Shown here: positions 39,663 through 49,318 of the stretch, piece by piece | How positions within the stretch are numbered: the first letter of the stretch is position 1 | Layout of the letters: each line of letters begins with the position of its first letter | Assembly (NCBI GenBank): GCA_963716255.1 | Contig: OY970303.1 | Location: 7,488,001-7,552,000, forward strand | Direction of reading: 5' to 3' | Source: an uncultured Gemmatimonadales bacterium | GTDB lineage: Bacteria; Gemmatimonadota; Gemmatimonadetes; Longimicrobiales; Longimicrobiaceae | Length of the DNA stretch: 64,000 bases | Notes under the pieces: generated by a model | Told to the model about the DNA's origin: nothing | What the model saw: only the letters and a program-made list of their open reading frames with translations | The model's database searches: none | Program-made: the position numbers and the translations under genes

Positions 39663-40793
39663 CTATGCCGCCCCGGCCAGCCCCGCGACCCAGGCGTGCC
39701 GCCGCGCCCAGAACGGCCGGTCCGCCCAGCGCGCCTCGTAGGCGTAGAACTCGGCGCGGCTGCGGACGTAGGCGCCGTGAACCTCCCGGAGCCGGTGCGC
39801 GTACCCGGCCAGCGCGGACCCGTCGCCGTCCAGGCGGGCGTGCAGCGCCTGCCCCGCCAGCATCCCGGTGTACAGCGCCGTCCGGATCCCCTGCGACGAC
39901 AGCGGGTCGTACGACACCGCGGCGTCCCCGGCCGCCACCCAGCCGGGGCCGGTGAAGCGGTCCAGCCGCGCGCTCCCGGCGTCCGCGCCGCGCGGGCGCC
40001 CGCGCAGCGCGAAGCCCCACGCGTCCAGGGCGGCGCGCACGTGGGCCGTGCCCTCCACCCGCCGCGTGAAGCCGTCGGGCGAAAGGAGGCCGGCGCGGTC
40101 CGCCAGGTCGGCGTCGGTGAGAAAGGCCACGACCCGCTCGCCGGACGGCACCAGCGCCGTGTACCACCACCCGTCCGGCGCCGCCTCCACCAGCGTGCGG
40201 CCGTCCCGGTCCCCCTCCCGCGCCGGGCGGAAGCGGGCGTGAAAGGCCACCAGCGCGTCGTCGTGCAGGCGCGCGGCGCCCCCCCGGCGGGCCACCGCGG
40301 CGCGGCGGCCGGTGGCGTCCACCAGCCAGCCGCAGCGCGCCTCCACGGGGCCCCCCTCCCCCGACAGCGCGATGCGCCATCCCCCGGCCGGGTCGGGCTC
40401 GGCGGCGGCCAGGCGGGTCCCGGCGCGGAGCTCCGCGCCGGCCAGGCGGGCGGCGTCGCGCAGCCCCGCGTCGAAGCGGGCGCGGTCCAGGTGCCAGCCG
40501 TGCCCGTCCAGCCCGAAGAAGAAGTCGGTGGCGTGCAGCGCGGGGGAGCCCCAGGCGGACAGGTTCCCGTGGCAGGGGAGGTGGCCGTCCGCCAGGAACG
40601 CGTCCAGCACGCCCAGGTTGCGCAGGAGCGGGCGCCCCGCGGGGGGGAGCGCCTCCCCCACCCGGAACGCTCCCGCGGGGGAGTCGTCCAGGAGGAGGAC
40701 GCGGCGGCCCCCGCGCGCGAGCGCGAGGGCCGCCGCCGCTCCGGCCGGGCCGCCGCCGGCGACCACGGCCTCGAAGCGTGGGGATCCGGTCAC
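39663..40793 (-). CDS. LodB/GoxB-like FAD-dependent monooxygenase (CTQ biogenesis partner)
   Basis: GGGPAG, FRVGEALPP, GWHLDRARFD, DATGR, GWWY, AAGDAAVSYDPLSSQG; GTGA overlap with the LodA-like gene. Confidence 0.85.
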   Translation of the reverse strand: MTGSPRFEAVVAGGGPAGAAAALALARGGRRVLLLDDSPAGAFRVGEALPPAGRPLLRNLGVLDAFLADGHLPCHGNLSAWGSPALHATDFFFGLDGHGWHLDRARFDAGLRDAARLAGAELRAGTRLAAAEPDPAGGWRIALSGEGGPVEARCGWLVDATGRRAAVARRGGAARLHDDALVAFHARFRPAREGDRDGRTLVEAAPDGWWYTALVPSGERVVAFLTDADLADRAGLLSPDGFTRRVEGTAHVRAALDAWGFALRGRPRGADAGSARLDRFTGPGWVAAGDAAVSYDPLSSQGIRTALYTGMLAGQALHARLDGDGSALAGYAHRLREVHGAYVRSRAEFYAYEARWADRPFWARRHAWVAGLAGAA

Positions 40794-43700
40794 GAGCCGG
40801 CGGCGACCGGCGGGGCGGGGGCGTCCGTGTCCGGCACCGCCGTGGACTGCGAGCCGATGGCGCGGAAGTGGACGAACCCGCGCCGCCCCTCCGCCTTTTC
40901 CGGCGCCGCCGACGCCGCCGCCGCACCCGCCGCGGACGCGGCGCTCTGCATCAGCGCCGGGCTCCAGGCGATCTTCCCGGCCGGGACGCCGGCCGTGGTC
41001 TCCACCATCATCACCGCGGGGAAGTCCGGGTCGCCGACCGGGCCCGGACGCACCGCCACCACGCCCATGTCGCCGAAACGGCGCACCATCGCCATCATCT
41101 GCTCCTGGGGCGGCGCGCCGTCGCCCAGCATGCGTGTCCAGTCCAGCCGCCGGGAGAACGCCGCCATGCGCTCGTCGCGGGGGCGCGTCGCGTCCATCAC
41201 GAGGGCGTAATCCGCCTCGGTGAGCACCTGGTTGGGGACGCGCGCCGGCCAGAAGGTGGGGAGGTACGGGTCCGGCGAGGGCGTGTACCCCGAGCGGCAG
41301 AACGCCGTGTCCTCCTGCCAGGGAAGCCCCATCCACCGGGTCAGGTCGCCGGGGCCCTGCGCGTGCACCGGCCCGTCCGGCGCCAGCGCCTTTTCCTGCG
41401 TGAGGAACTGGCCGTAGTCGCGGTCCGGCTCGCCGGCGGGGCGGTGGCGGATACGGAACGGCGACGTGTACATGCCGATGTGCCGGACCGGCCAGGTCAC
41501 CTCGCACCCGGGGTGGAAGGCGTCCGCCAGGCAGAAGTGCAGCGCCGCCCGCGTCAGCATCTCCGGCTGCTCGGCCATGGGGAGCGCGCCCACCTCGCGC
41601 ACCGGGTCCGCGCCCGGCCAGTCCGCCACGAACCGGCCCTCGGCCCACAGCGAGAGCGTGCGGTACTGCGTGTCCGTGACCGCCAGGTTGCTCCCGGGCG
41701 AGTCCGGGAAGCCCGGGGCGTCGTCCGCGTCGCCGTAGATCCACGGCCAGGGGAGCGTGGAGTCGTCCGTGGGGTGCGGGTGGCGGAAGGTGCGGAACAC
41801 CTGCCGGCGCAGCTCCCCCCAGGTGTCGAATCCGCCGGCCGCGGGATCGCGGGCCAGCCGCGCCACGTACTCCGGGTCCTCGAAGTCGTTGGGCGACCCG
41901 TAGCCGAACTGCGTGGCGAAGCCGCGGTTGACCCACTGGAGCCCGGACATGCGCTGGAGGATGGGGTACACGTCGCGGGTGAAGGAGACCGCGTCCGGGA
42001 ACGGCATCCACCCGCTCCGGACGTACAGGTCCACGAGCAGGTCGTGGAGCGTGCGCACCGAGATCAGGTCCGGGGCGTAGTTGGGCGGCGCGGTCACCAC
42101 CCACGCGGGCTCCGTCGGGATCTCCCGCCCCTCGATGAACACCCGCGCCGTCACCGGCCCGTCCGACGCGTCGTCGTACCAGCCGTTGGCGTTGATGAAG
42201 GCGTTGGGATCGGTGGTGTCGTAGATGGGCATGTTCGTGGGCGAGCCGGAGCGGCCCCGGCCGCCCAGGAAGAGAAGCCGCCCGTTCTCGTCGGTGCGCA
42301 GCTCGCCCAGGTACACGGGGGTGCCCTGGAACTCGCCCTGGAAGCGGTACTCGCTCCCGTAGGTGCCGGTGCCCTGGATGGTGCGGGTCCCGCCGTCGAT
42401 CGTGAGCTGCTCGCGCGCGGCGCCGGCCACGGAGGCGTTGCGCAGCGGGAGCTTCAGCGCGGCCGCCTCGGGGATGTCCAGCGCGAGCTCCCACTGGTAC
42501 CAGCTCGCCTTGCGGTTGGCGACGTGCGCGGTCCAGTGCACGTCCGCCCAGCCGGGCGTCAGCTCGCGCACCACCTCGCCCGCGGCGTTGTAGCCGTAGA
42601 TGCGGAAGCGCGCGGCCTGCCGCTTGAGCGCCCCCGCGCCGTCCCGGTAGAACGCGGCCGGGCGCGGCTCCGGCTCCGTCACCTCGGGTCCCACGAAGTA
42701 CTCCTCGCTGTTCCCCATGCGCGCGATCCCGATGGCCGGGTGGATCTCGGCGCGCACGACCACGGTGTCCTTCGCGGCGGGGTAGGGCTCGCCGGGGCGG
42801 AACTCGGCCGGGCGGGGCTCCACCGGCTCGCCCAGCGGGACGCCGTTGACGTCGCGCCGCGCCCGGGCGGAGGCGCGGTACGTCACCTTGCGCGCCTCTG
42901 CGATGCTCCCCACCGGCTCGTTCTCGGGGAGGGCGTGCCAGGGGTTGAACGCGAGGTTGTCGCCGTAGTTGGCCTGCCCGCGCGTGTCCAGGTCCTGCGC
43001 CGGGAGCACCAGCGTGGCCACGTGGATCGGGGGAGAGAGCGTCTCGCTCCAGCGCACCGTGGCCTGGTCCAGCGGCATCTGCGCGGCGTCGGTGCGGAGC
43101 TGCACCATGAAGCGGAAGCGCGCCTCGCCGTTGCCCATGCGCCGGTGCAGGTCGGCCCGCAGGTAGAACGGGTCGTCGTAGTCGGGCTCGCCGGCGCGCG
43201 GCGGTACGGTTTCCGGCTCCAGCTTGTACTTGACGAAGCGCCCCTCGCCGAAGCGGAAGGGGATCACGCTCCAGTAGTCGCTTTCCAGCACCGAGGGGAC
43301 CACCACCTCCATGGCGGTCTGGATCTCCGCGGTGACCGGGTGCGCCTTGAGGTACGCGGCGTTGGCGGCGCTCCCCTGCAGGGCGGCGCGGGTGGACTCG
43401 CACATGTCGCGCGCGGTGTCCACGAAGAACACGGGAAAGTTCTGGAAGAGGAAGTCCGCGGTGGTGGCGTCCCGGTCGGGCTCCATCACCTTTTCGCCGT
43501 CCACGCCGAACAGCTTGATCCCCACCCCGCAGGTGCCCTTGTAGTCGGAGCTGCCGGGCTGGACGTCGCTGGAAAACCGCACCCAGGCGGCGTACTCGTC
43601 CTTCTGCCCGAACACGCCCACGCGCAGCTCCCGGGGGAGGTCGGGGCGGATCTCGAAGCGGCCGTGCGCCACGCCGTGCATGCGCCGGAACACCGGACGC

Positions 43701-43861
43701 TCCGCGGGGACCTCGCCCGACTCGATCTGCCCCGCCTGGAAGATGTCCACGAACATCTCCTTGACCCCCTGCACCGGGTCGGTGGCGCAGTCACAGGGGA
43801 GGGGCGGGGACGCGGGCGCGGGGGCCGCTGCCTTCTGGTGCTGCATCGCGTACTTGCACAT
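40790..43861 (-). CDS. Catalase-like heme domain fused to a LodA/GoxA-family CTQ-dependent amino-acid oxidase
   Basis: N-terminal RPVFRRMHG, RFSS, FQNFPVFF, FNPWH, ARKVTY. C-terminal IHPAIGIARMGNS, KRQAARFRIY, GWYDDASDGPV, CLADAFHPGCE, PGDLTRWMGLPWQED. Confidence 0.88.
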   Translation of the reverse strand: MCKYAMQHQKAAAPAPASPPLPCDCATDPVQGVKEMFVDIFQAGQIESGEVPAERPVFRRMHGVAHGRFEIRPDLPRELRVGVFGQKDEYAAWVRFSSDVQPGSSDYKGTCGVGIKLFGVDGEKVMEPDRDATTADFLFQNFPVFFVDTARDMCESTRAALQGSAANAAYLKAHPVTAEIQTAMEVVVPSVLESDYWSVIPFRFGEGRFVKYKLEPETVPPRAGEPDYDDPFYLRADLHRRMGNGEARFRFMVQLRTDAAQMPLDQATVRWSETLSPPIHVATLVLPAQDLDTRGQANYGDNLAFNPWHALPENEPVGSIAEARKVTYRASARARRDVNGVPLGEPVEPRPAEFRPGEPYPAAKDTVVVRAEIHPAIGIARMGNSEEYFVGPEVTEPEPRPAAFYRDGAGALKRQAARFRIYGYNAAGEVVRELTPGWADVHWTAHVANRKASWYQWELALDIPEAAALKLPLRNASVAGAAREQLTIDGGTRTIQGTGTYGSEYRFQGEFQGTPVYLGELRTDENGRLLFLGGRGRSGSPTNMPIYDTTDPNAFINANGWYDDASDGPVTARVFIEGREIPTEPAWVVTAPPNYAPDLISVRTLHDLLVDLYVRSGWMPFPDAVSFTRDVYPILQRMSGLQWVNRGFATQFGYGSPNDFEDPEYVARLARDPAAGGFDTWGELRRQVFRTFRHPHPTDDSTLPWPWIYGDADDAPGFPDSPGSNLAVTDTQYRTLSLWAEGRFVADWPGADPVREVGALPMAEQPEMLTRAALHFCLADAFHPGCEVTWPVRHIGMYTSPFRIRHRPAGEPDRDYGQFLTQEKALAPDGPVHAQGPGDLTRWMGLPWQEDTAFCRSGYTPSPDPYLPTFWPARVPNQVLTEADYALVMDATRPRDERMAAFSRRLDWTRMLGDGAPPQEQMMAMVRRFGDMGVVAVRPGPVGDPDFPAVMMVETTAGVPAGKIAWSPALMQSAASAAGAAAASAAPEKAEGRRGFVHFRAIGSQSTAVPDTDAPAPPVAAGS

Positions 43862-44083
43862 GGATGGAATGGATTGGGGGTAGGGTGCGCGTGGAGAGCG
43901 ACGCGCGGCGTGGCGCGGGAATGCTGCGCCGGACGCGGAATAGCTTCGGCAGGGGGCCGGCAGGACTTGAGCAGGGGCGCGGCGGGAGGTCGCGGGGACG
44001 GGGGAGCGGGGCTAGATTCGCGGACCCTCGCCCGGCCCGCGCGAGCGCGGGCTCTTCCTTTTTTTCCCGTGACGACACACCGG

Positions 44084-45046
44084 ATGGACCGCAACCTGGG
44101 GATGGAGCTGGCGCGCGTGACCGAAGCGGCGGCGCTGGCCGCGGCCGCGCACGTGGGGCGCGGCGACGGCCGGGCCGCGGACGGAGCCGCCACCGACGCC
44201 ATGCGCGCCGCGCTGGCCGGCGTGGCCGTGAGCGGCGTGGTCGCCATCGGCGAGGGCGAAAAGGACGAGGCGCCCATGCTCTTCAACGGCGAGCGGGTGG
44301 GAACGGGCGCCGCCCCGGAGCTGGACCTGGCCGTGGACCCGGTGGAGGGGACCCGGCTGCTGGCGCTGGGGCGCCCGGGCGCGGTGTCGGTGATCGCCGC
44401 GGCGCCGCGGGGGAGCATGTGGCGTCCCGGGGCCTCGCTCTACATGGACAAGCTGGTGGTGGGCGAAGCCGCGCGCGACGCCGTGGACGTCGCCCGCACC
44501 CCCACGCGCAACCTCCACGCGATCGCCGAGGCGCTCGGGCGGCCGGTGGACTCGCTGGTGGTGTTCGTGCTGGACAAGCCGCGCCACGCCGCCCTGGTGG
44601 ACGAGATCCGCCGTGCCGGCGCCCGCGTCGCGCTGCACACCGACGGCGACGTGATGGGCGCGCTCCTCGCCGCGCTCCCGGACACGGGGGTGGACGCGCT
44701 GATGGGGATCGGGGGGACGCCGGAGGGGGTCGTCTCCGCCGCGGCGGTGCGGGCGCTGCGCGGGGGGATGCAGGGCGTCCGCGCGCCGCAGCTGGACGCC
44801 GAGCGCGAGCGCCTGCGCGCCGAGCTTCCGCCGGGGGAGATGGGCCGCGTGCTGGGGCTGGACGACCTGGTCGCCTCGGACGACGCCTTCTTCGCCGCCA
44901 CCGCGATCACCGACAGCCCCTTTCTCCGCGGCATCCGGTTCTCGGGCGAGTCCACGATCACGACCGAGAGCCTGGTGATCCGCGCCGCCAGCGGGTCGCT
45001 TCGTTTCGTGCGGGGCGTGCATCGGGTCACGGAACGGCCCGGCTGA
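44084..45046 (+). CDS. glpX: Class II fructose-1,6-bisphosphatase
   Basis: MDRNLGMELARVTEAAALAA, IGEGEKDEAPMLFNGE, AVDPVEGT, DGDV, GIGGTPEGV. Confidence 0.93.
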   Translation: MDRNLGMELARVTEAAALAAAAHVGRGDGRAADGAATDAMRAALAGVAVSGVVAIGEGEKDEAPMLFNGERVGTGAAPELDLAVDPVEGTRLLALGRPGAVSVIAAAPRGSMWRPGASLYMDKLVVGEAARDAVDVARTPTRNLHAIAEALGRPVDSLVVFVLDKPRHAALVDEIRRAGARVALHTDGDVMGALLAALPDTGVDALMGIGGTPEGVVSAAAVRALRGGMQGVRAPQLDAERERLRAELPPGEMGRVLGLDDLVASDDAFFAATAITDSPFLRGIRFSGESTITTESLVIRAASGSLRFVRGVHRVTERPG

Positions 45047-45056
45047 ACGGCGGTCC

Positions 45057-45184
45057 GGGCGTGCCCCCGGCTGCGCCGGGGTCGGGCTTCGGCTCCGTAA
45101 GCCCGCAAACAACGCGGGCCAACGGAGTCGAGCCCCACGATACTGCTGTCGGGTCTCGCCCCTTCGGGCCGAAATCCCTCACGC
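45057..45184 (+). repeat. Element A copy 9
   Basis: Variable stem AGCCCGC-AAACAAC-GCGGGCC; lies between convergent genes. Confidence 0.93.
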
Positions 45185-45229
45185 GAGCTCGCGCTGGCGT
45201 CCGCGGGGACCGCGTTCGGAGCCCACGCC

Positions 45230-46132
45230 TCAGCGCGCGGCGGGCCCCCCGCGCAGCCCGTAGACCAGGCCGCGCAGCGTTCCCCCCAGCACGGCCGCTT
45301 CCTCGCGCGCGGCCTCCATGCGACCGGTGTCGGCGGGCCTCGCCACGCGCCCCAGGCGCAGGAGGAGCCAGCGGGCCAGCACCGGGAGCGCGTACGCGTC
45401 GCCGCCGCGCAGCCAGATCCCGCACGCCGCGCCCATCCCGTGGCCGTACATGGGGCGGCGCGCGCGCCGGTCGGCGGGGGTCTGGCGCTCGTGCAGCACC
45501 AGCGCGTCGGGCTCGTAGCGCACCCGCGCGCCGGCCCGCAGCAGCCGGTAGAAGAGGTCCATGTCCACGCCGCCCTGGCCGGGGGCGCCGGGCCCCAGCC
45601 GCTCGTCGCACCCGCCCACCCGCAGGTACCACTCGCGCGCCAGGGCGAAGTTGTTGCCGCTCCCCACGTGCCAGGGCGCCTGTCTGCCGCGGAAGTCGCG
45701 CCGCTCCGCGGACGCGCGCGTGGACACGGGGACGCGCCGCTCCCCTGAGGGCGCGGCGGGGAGCACGCGCCCCGCGACGACGTCCACGCCCGCCCCCGCC
45801 GCGAGGCTCCGCGCGAGCACGGCGAGCCACGACCGGTCGGGCACGCAGTCGTCGTCCGTCACGGCGACGTACGCGGACGAGGCGGCCCGCACCCCGGCGT
45901 TCTGCGCGGCGGCCAGCCCGCGCGGCTCCTGCGGCAGGTACTCCACCCGCCACCCCTCCGCCCGCAGCGGCTCCACCACGGGGCGTGCGCTCCCGCCGCG
46001 CCCCTGGTCCACCACCACCAGCTCCGCGGGGCGGGCCTCGCCCGCGCGCAGCGCCGCCAGGCAGCGCGCCAGCGCGTCCGGCCGGTCGCGCGTGCAGATC
46101 ACCACCCCCAGCGGGACCGTGGCCGCGCTCAC
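45230..46132 (-). CDS. GT2 glycosyltransferase
   Basis: VVICTRDRP, VVVDQ, VTDDDC, GSGNN. Confidence 0.88.
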   Translation of the reverse strand: MSAATVPLGVVICTRDRPDALARCLAALRAGEARPAELVVVDQGRGGSARPVVEPLRAEGWRVEYLPQEPRGLAAAQNAGVRAASSAYVAVTDDDCVPDRSWLAVLARSLAAGAGVDVVAGRVLPAAPSGERRVPVSTRASAERRDFRGRQAPWHVGSGNNFALAREWYLRVGGCDERLGPGAPGQGGVDMDLFYRLLRAGARVRYEPDALVLHERQTPADRRARRPMYGHGMGAACGIWLRGGDAYALPVLARWLLLRLGRVARPADTGRMEAAREEAAVLGGTLRGLVYGLRGGPAAR

Positions 46133-46142
46133 CGGCCGCCCC

Positions 46143-47072
46143 TCATCCCGGCGCGCCGCTCCGCCGGGGCGGCGGCGCCGCGAGGCGGTCGCGGAGCACG
46201 CCGGCGGCGGACCGCAGCGTCGCCGCGGGGCTCTTCGCCAGGGCGGCCAGCGTGTGGCGGGCCGCGTCCCGGAGCTCCCCGCGCGAGGCGTGCACCCGCG
46301 CCAGCGTGAAGAGCCTGCGGGCCAGCACGCGCGTGAGCGCCGCGCGGTTGCGCTCCAGCAGCTCGCCGTCGATCCCCGCGATGAACTCCACCATCTCCCG
46401 GGCGCGCCGCAGATCCTCCCCGCCGGACCACACCCCGCCCGTGTGGATCCTGTACACGGCCATGACCTCCGGGATGAACCCCAGCGGGCCGCGGTCGGCG
46501 GCGAGAAGGTACAGCGGGTAGTCGCCGAAGGGGGCGCGGTGGAACCAGTCGGGGAGGCGCGCCACCACCTCGCGGCGGACCATGGGTGACGGAGAGGGGA
46601 CGAAGTTGGTGACCAGGATGTCGTCCAGGGTGGCGAAGGCCGGGTGCCCTTCCGGGTTCACGGGCGAGGGCGGCCGCGAGCCGTCGTCATGGACACGGTC
46701 CGCGTTGTGGTAGCAGAGCGAGCACGCCGGGTGGGCGTCCAGGAAGTCCGCCTGCCGCTGCAGCTTGTGCTCGGCGGTCCAGTAGTCGTCGCCGTCCTGC
46801 ATGGCCACGTACTCGCCCCGGCAGAGCCGCAGCGTTTCCACGAACATGGGCGTGCCGTTCCGCCCCAGGTTGCGGTCCGGCCGCACCAGGCGGATCCGTT
46901 CAGGGTGGCGCCGCCGGTAGTCGAGGACGATGTCCCACGTCCCGTCGGTGGAGCAGTCGTCGCCCACCACCACCTCGAAGTCGAACGCCGTCCGCTGCGC
47001 GAGGATCCCGTCCAGCGCGCGCGCGATGAAGTGCTCGTGGTTGTACGTGGTCACCGACACGCTGACCTTCAT
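46143..47072 (-). CDS. GT2 glycosyltransferase
   Basis: VSVSVTTYNHE, VVGDDCSTDGT, QDGDDYW, KLQRQ, YRIH. Confidence 0.9.
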   Translation of the reverse strand: MKVSVSVTTYNHEHFIARALDGILAQRTAFDFEVVVGDDCSTDGTWDIVLDYRRRHPERIRLVRPDRNLGRNGTPMFVETLRLCRGEYVAMQDGDDYWTAEHKLQRQADFLDAHPACSLCYHNADRVHDDGSRPPSPVNPEGHPAFATLDDILVTNFVPSPSPMVRREVVARLPDWFHRAPFGDYPLYLLAADRGPLGFIPEVMAVYRIHTGGVWSGGEDLRRAREMVEFIAGIDGELLERNRAALTRVLARRLFTLARVHASRGELRDAARHTLAALAKSPAATLRSAAGVLRDRLAAPPPRRSGAPG

Positions 47073-47128
47073 CCCATCTCCTCGCTCATGCCGGGTCCGG
47101 TCGTGTCGGGGTGAAAAGATCGCGGTCC

Positions 47129-47257
47129 GGGCGTGCCCCCGGCTGCGCCGGGGTCGGGCTGCGGCTCCGTAACGCACGAAACAACCGTGCGTAACGGAGG
47201 CGAGCCTCCACGATACTGCCGTGGAGTCTCGCCGCTTCGCGCTCGCATCCCTCACGC
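47129..47257 (+). repeat. Element A copy 10 (subtype 2)
   Basis: Variable stem ACGCACG-AAACAAC-CGTGCGT; second stem CTCCACG-ATACTGC-CGTGGAG. Confidence 0.93.
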
Positions 47258-47287
47258 GGGGTGGGCGCCGGCGTCCGCGAGGGTGGG

Positions 47288-47340
47288 CCCCCTCACCCCC
47301 CGGCCCCCTCTCCCCCGCAAGCGGGGGAAAGGGGGAGAAC
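47288..47340 (+). repeat. Element B first hairpin
   Basis: CCCCCTCACCCCCCGGCCCCCTCTCCCCCGCAAGCGGGGGAAAGGGGGAGAAC. Confidence 0.85.
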
Positions 47341-47363
47341 CGCACGGCATCGCGAATTCCGTC

Positions 47364-48590
47364 TCACACCGCCAGGGCGGCGGGCGCGGCGCCGCGGAAA
47401 TGCTCCGCGATCTCGGCGCTCGCCGCCACCGCCGCGCGGATGATGGCGCAGACCGTGGCCACCTCCGGCCCGCCCACGGCCGTGCCGGTGGGGAGCGACA
47501 GGACCCGGCGGGCCAGCCGCTCCGTCTGCGGGAGGTGGAGCCGCGCCTGCGGGAAGTAGGAGCGGTAGGGCTCCATGCGGTGGACGCCGGGAAAGAAGTA
47601 GCGGCGCGCCAGGACGTTCTCGGCGTGGAGCACCCGCTGCAGGGTGTCGCGGTCGATCCCGGCCTCCGCCTCGTCCACCTCCACCACCAGGTACTGGTAG
47701 TTGGACGCCTCGGCGGGGTCATAGCGGAGCAGCGAGATCCCCGGGGTCCCTTCCAGGCCGGCGGAGTAGAGCGCGTAGTTTTCCCGGTTCACGGCCACGA
47801 ACTCGTCCATGCTTTCCAGCGAGGTGAGCCCCATCGCCGCGGCGGCCTCGTTCATCTTGCCGTTGGTCCCCACGTACACCACCTCGTCGTAGTCCGCGAA
47901 GCCGAAGTTCTTCATCAGCCTCACCCGCGCCGCCAGCTCGGCGTCGTCGGTGACCACCGCGCCGCCCTCGAAGCTGTTGAGGAACTTGGTGGCGTGGAAG
48001 CTGAACACCTCGGCGTCGCCGAATCCCCCCACGGGCCGCCCGCGGTGGGTGCAGCCGAAGGCGTGGGCGGCGTCGAAGAGGAGCCTGAGCCCGCGGCGGG
48101 CCGCGATCTCCGCCAGCGCGTCCACCTGGCAGGCGCGCCCCCACAGGTGCACGGCCAGGATCCCGGTGGTGCGCGGCGTGATCAGCTCCTCCACCCGGGC
48201 CGGGTCCAGGGTGTGGGTGCGCGGGTCCACGTCGCAGAACACCGGCGTGATCTCCTGCCACTGCAGCGCGTGCGCGGTCGCCACGAAGGTGAACGAGGGG
48301 ACGATCACCTCGCCCTTCATCCCCAGCGCGCGGACGGCGATCTCCAGCGCGACGGTGGCGTTGCACATGGCGACGCAGTGGCGGACTCCCGCACGCTCCG
48401 CCACCGCGCGCTCGAACTGCTGCACGTACACCCCGTCGTTGGTGAGCCAGCGGCGGTCCAGCAGGTCGTTGATGCGCTCCAGGAGCCGCGCCCGGTCGCC
48501 GATGTTGGGGCGCCCCACGTGGAGCGGCTCGGCGAAGGCCGGCGTCCCCCCCAGGATCGCCAGGTCGGCGGCGGAGAGGGCGGCGCTCAC
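47364..48590 (-). CDS. DegT/DnrJ/EryC1 PLP-dependent sugar aminotransferase (DesI/VioA-like)
   Basis: LHVGRPN, WLTNDG, FDAAHAFG, SFHATKFLNSFEGG, NGKMNE. Confidence 0.9.
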   Translation of the reverse strand: MSAALSAADLAILGGTPAFAEPLHVGRPNIGDRARLLERINDLLDRRWLTNDGVYVQQFERAVAERAGVRHCVAMCNATVALEIAVRALGMKGEVIVPSFTFVATAHALQWQEITPVFCDVDPRTHTLDPARVEELITPRTTGILAVHLWGRACQVDALAEIAARRGLRLLFDAAHAFGCTHRGRPVGGFGDAEVFSFHATKFLNSFEGGAVVTDDAELAARVRLMKNFGFADYDEVVYVGTNGKMNEAAAAMGLTSLESMDEFVAVNRENYALYSAGLEGTPGISLLRYDPAEASNYQYLVVEVDEAEAGIDRDTLQRVLHAENVLARRYFFPGVHRMEPYRSYFPQARLHLPQTERLARRVLSLPTGTAVGGPEVATVCAIIRAAVAASAEIAEHFRGAAPAALAV

Positions 48591-49282
48591 CGGACCCCCA
48601 GGTACATCCCGCGGCCGAAGAGCCCGGCCGCGTCGTACGACGGCTCGATCCCCGCGGCGCGGAAGGCGTCCAGGTACTCGTCGTGGGTGAACAGCCCCAT
48701 GCGGTGCTCCTCGGTGAAGTGCTCCACCCGCTCCGGCGTCCCCACCAGGTAGTGGATGTCCAGCACGGTCTCGTTCCCCTCGCGCTCGCTGGTGTACATC
48801 CACGAGACCTTGAGGTCCGGCTGGTCCACGTGGTTCGCGGTGATCGTCCCCGTCCAGTAGCGGTCGGGCCAGAACCAGGGCTCCACCACCAGCAGCCCGC
48901 CGGGCTCCAGGTGCTCCGCCATGGACGCCACGGCCGCGCGCAGCCGCTCGGGGGTGCGCACGTAGGCGACGGCGCTGAACAGGCACGCCACCACGCCGAA
49001 GGTGCGTCCCAGGCGGAACCCCGCCATGTCCGCCCGGTGCAGGGGGACGCCCGGGAGCCGTTCCGCCGCCACCTCCAGCAGCTCCGGGCTGATGTCCAGC
49101 CCCGCCACCTCGAAGTGCCCGCGCAGGTGCTCCAGGTGGCGCCCGGTGCCGCATCCCACGTCCAGCAGCGAGCGGGCGCCGGGGGCGGCTTCGCGCGCGA
49201 GCTCGCGCAGCCTGCGCGCGGCCTCGCCGTAGTCCTTGAATGCGTACAGCGCGTCGTAGAAGCGGGCCGACTTCGTGAACAT
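48587..49282 (-). CDS. SAM-dependent methyltransferase resembling TylM1/DesVI amino-sugar N-methyltransferases
   Basis: FYDALY..KDY..A, LLDVGCGTGRHL, HLEPGGLLVVEPW, EEH.MGLFT..EY..AF. Confidence 0.78.
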   Translation of the reverse strand: MFTKSARFYDALYAFKDYGEAARRLRELAREAAPGARSLLDVGCGTGRHLEHLRGHFEVAGLDISPELLEVAAERLPGVPLHRADMAGFRLGRTFGVVACLFSAVAYVRTPERLRAAVASMAEHLEPGGLLVVEPWFWPDRYWTGTITANHVDQPDLKVSWMYTSEREGNETVLDIHYLVGTPERVEHFTEEHRMGLFTHDEYLDAFRAAGIEPSYDAAGLFGRGMYLGVR

Positions 49283-49318
49283 GGTCCGGTGCGGGCTGGT
49301 TCGTGTGGGCGGGCGCGG

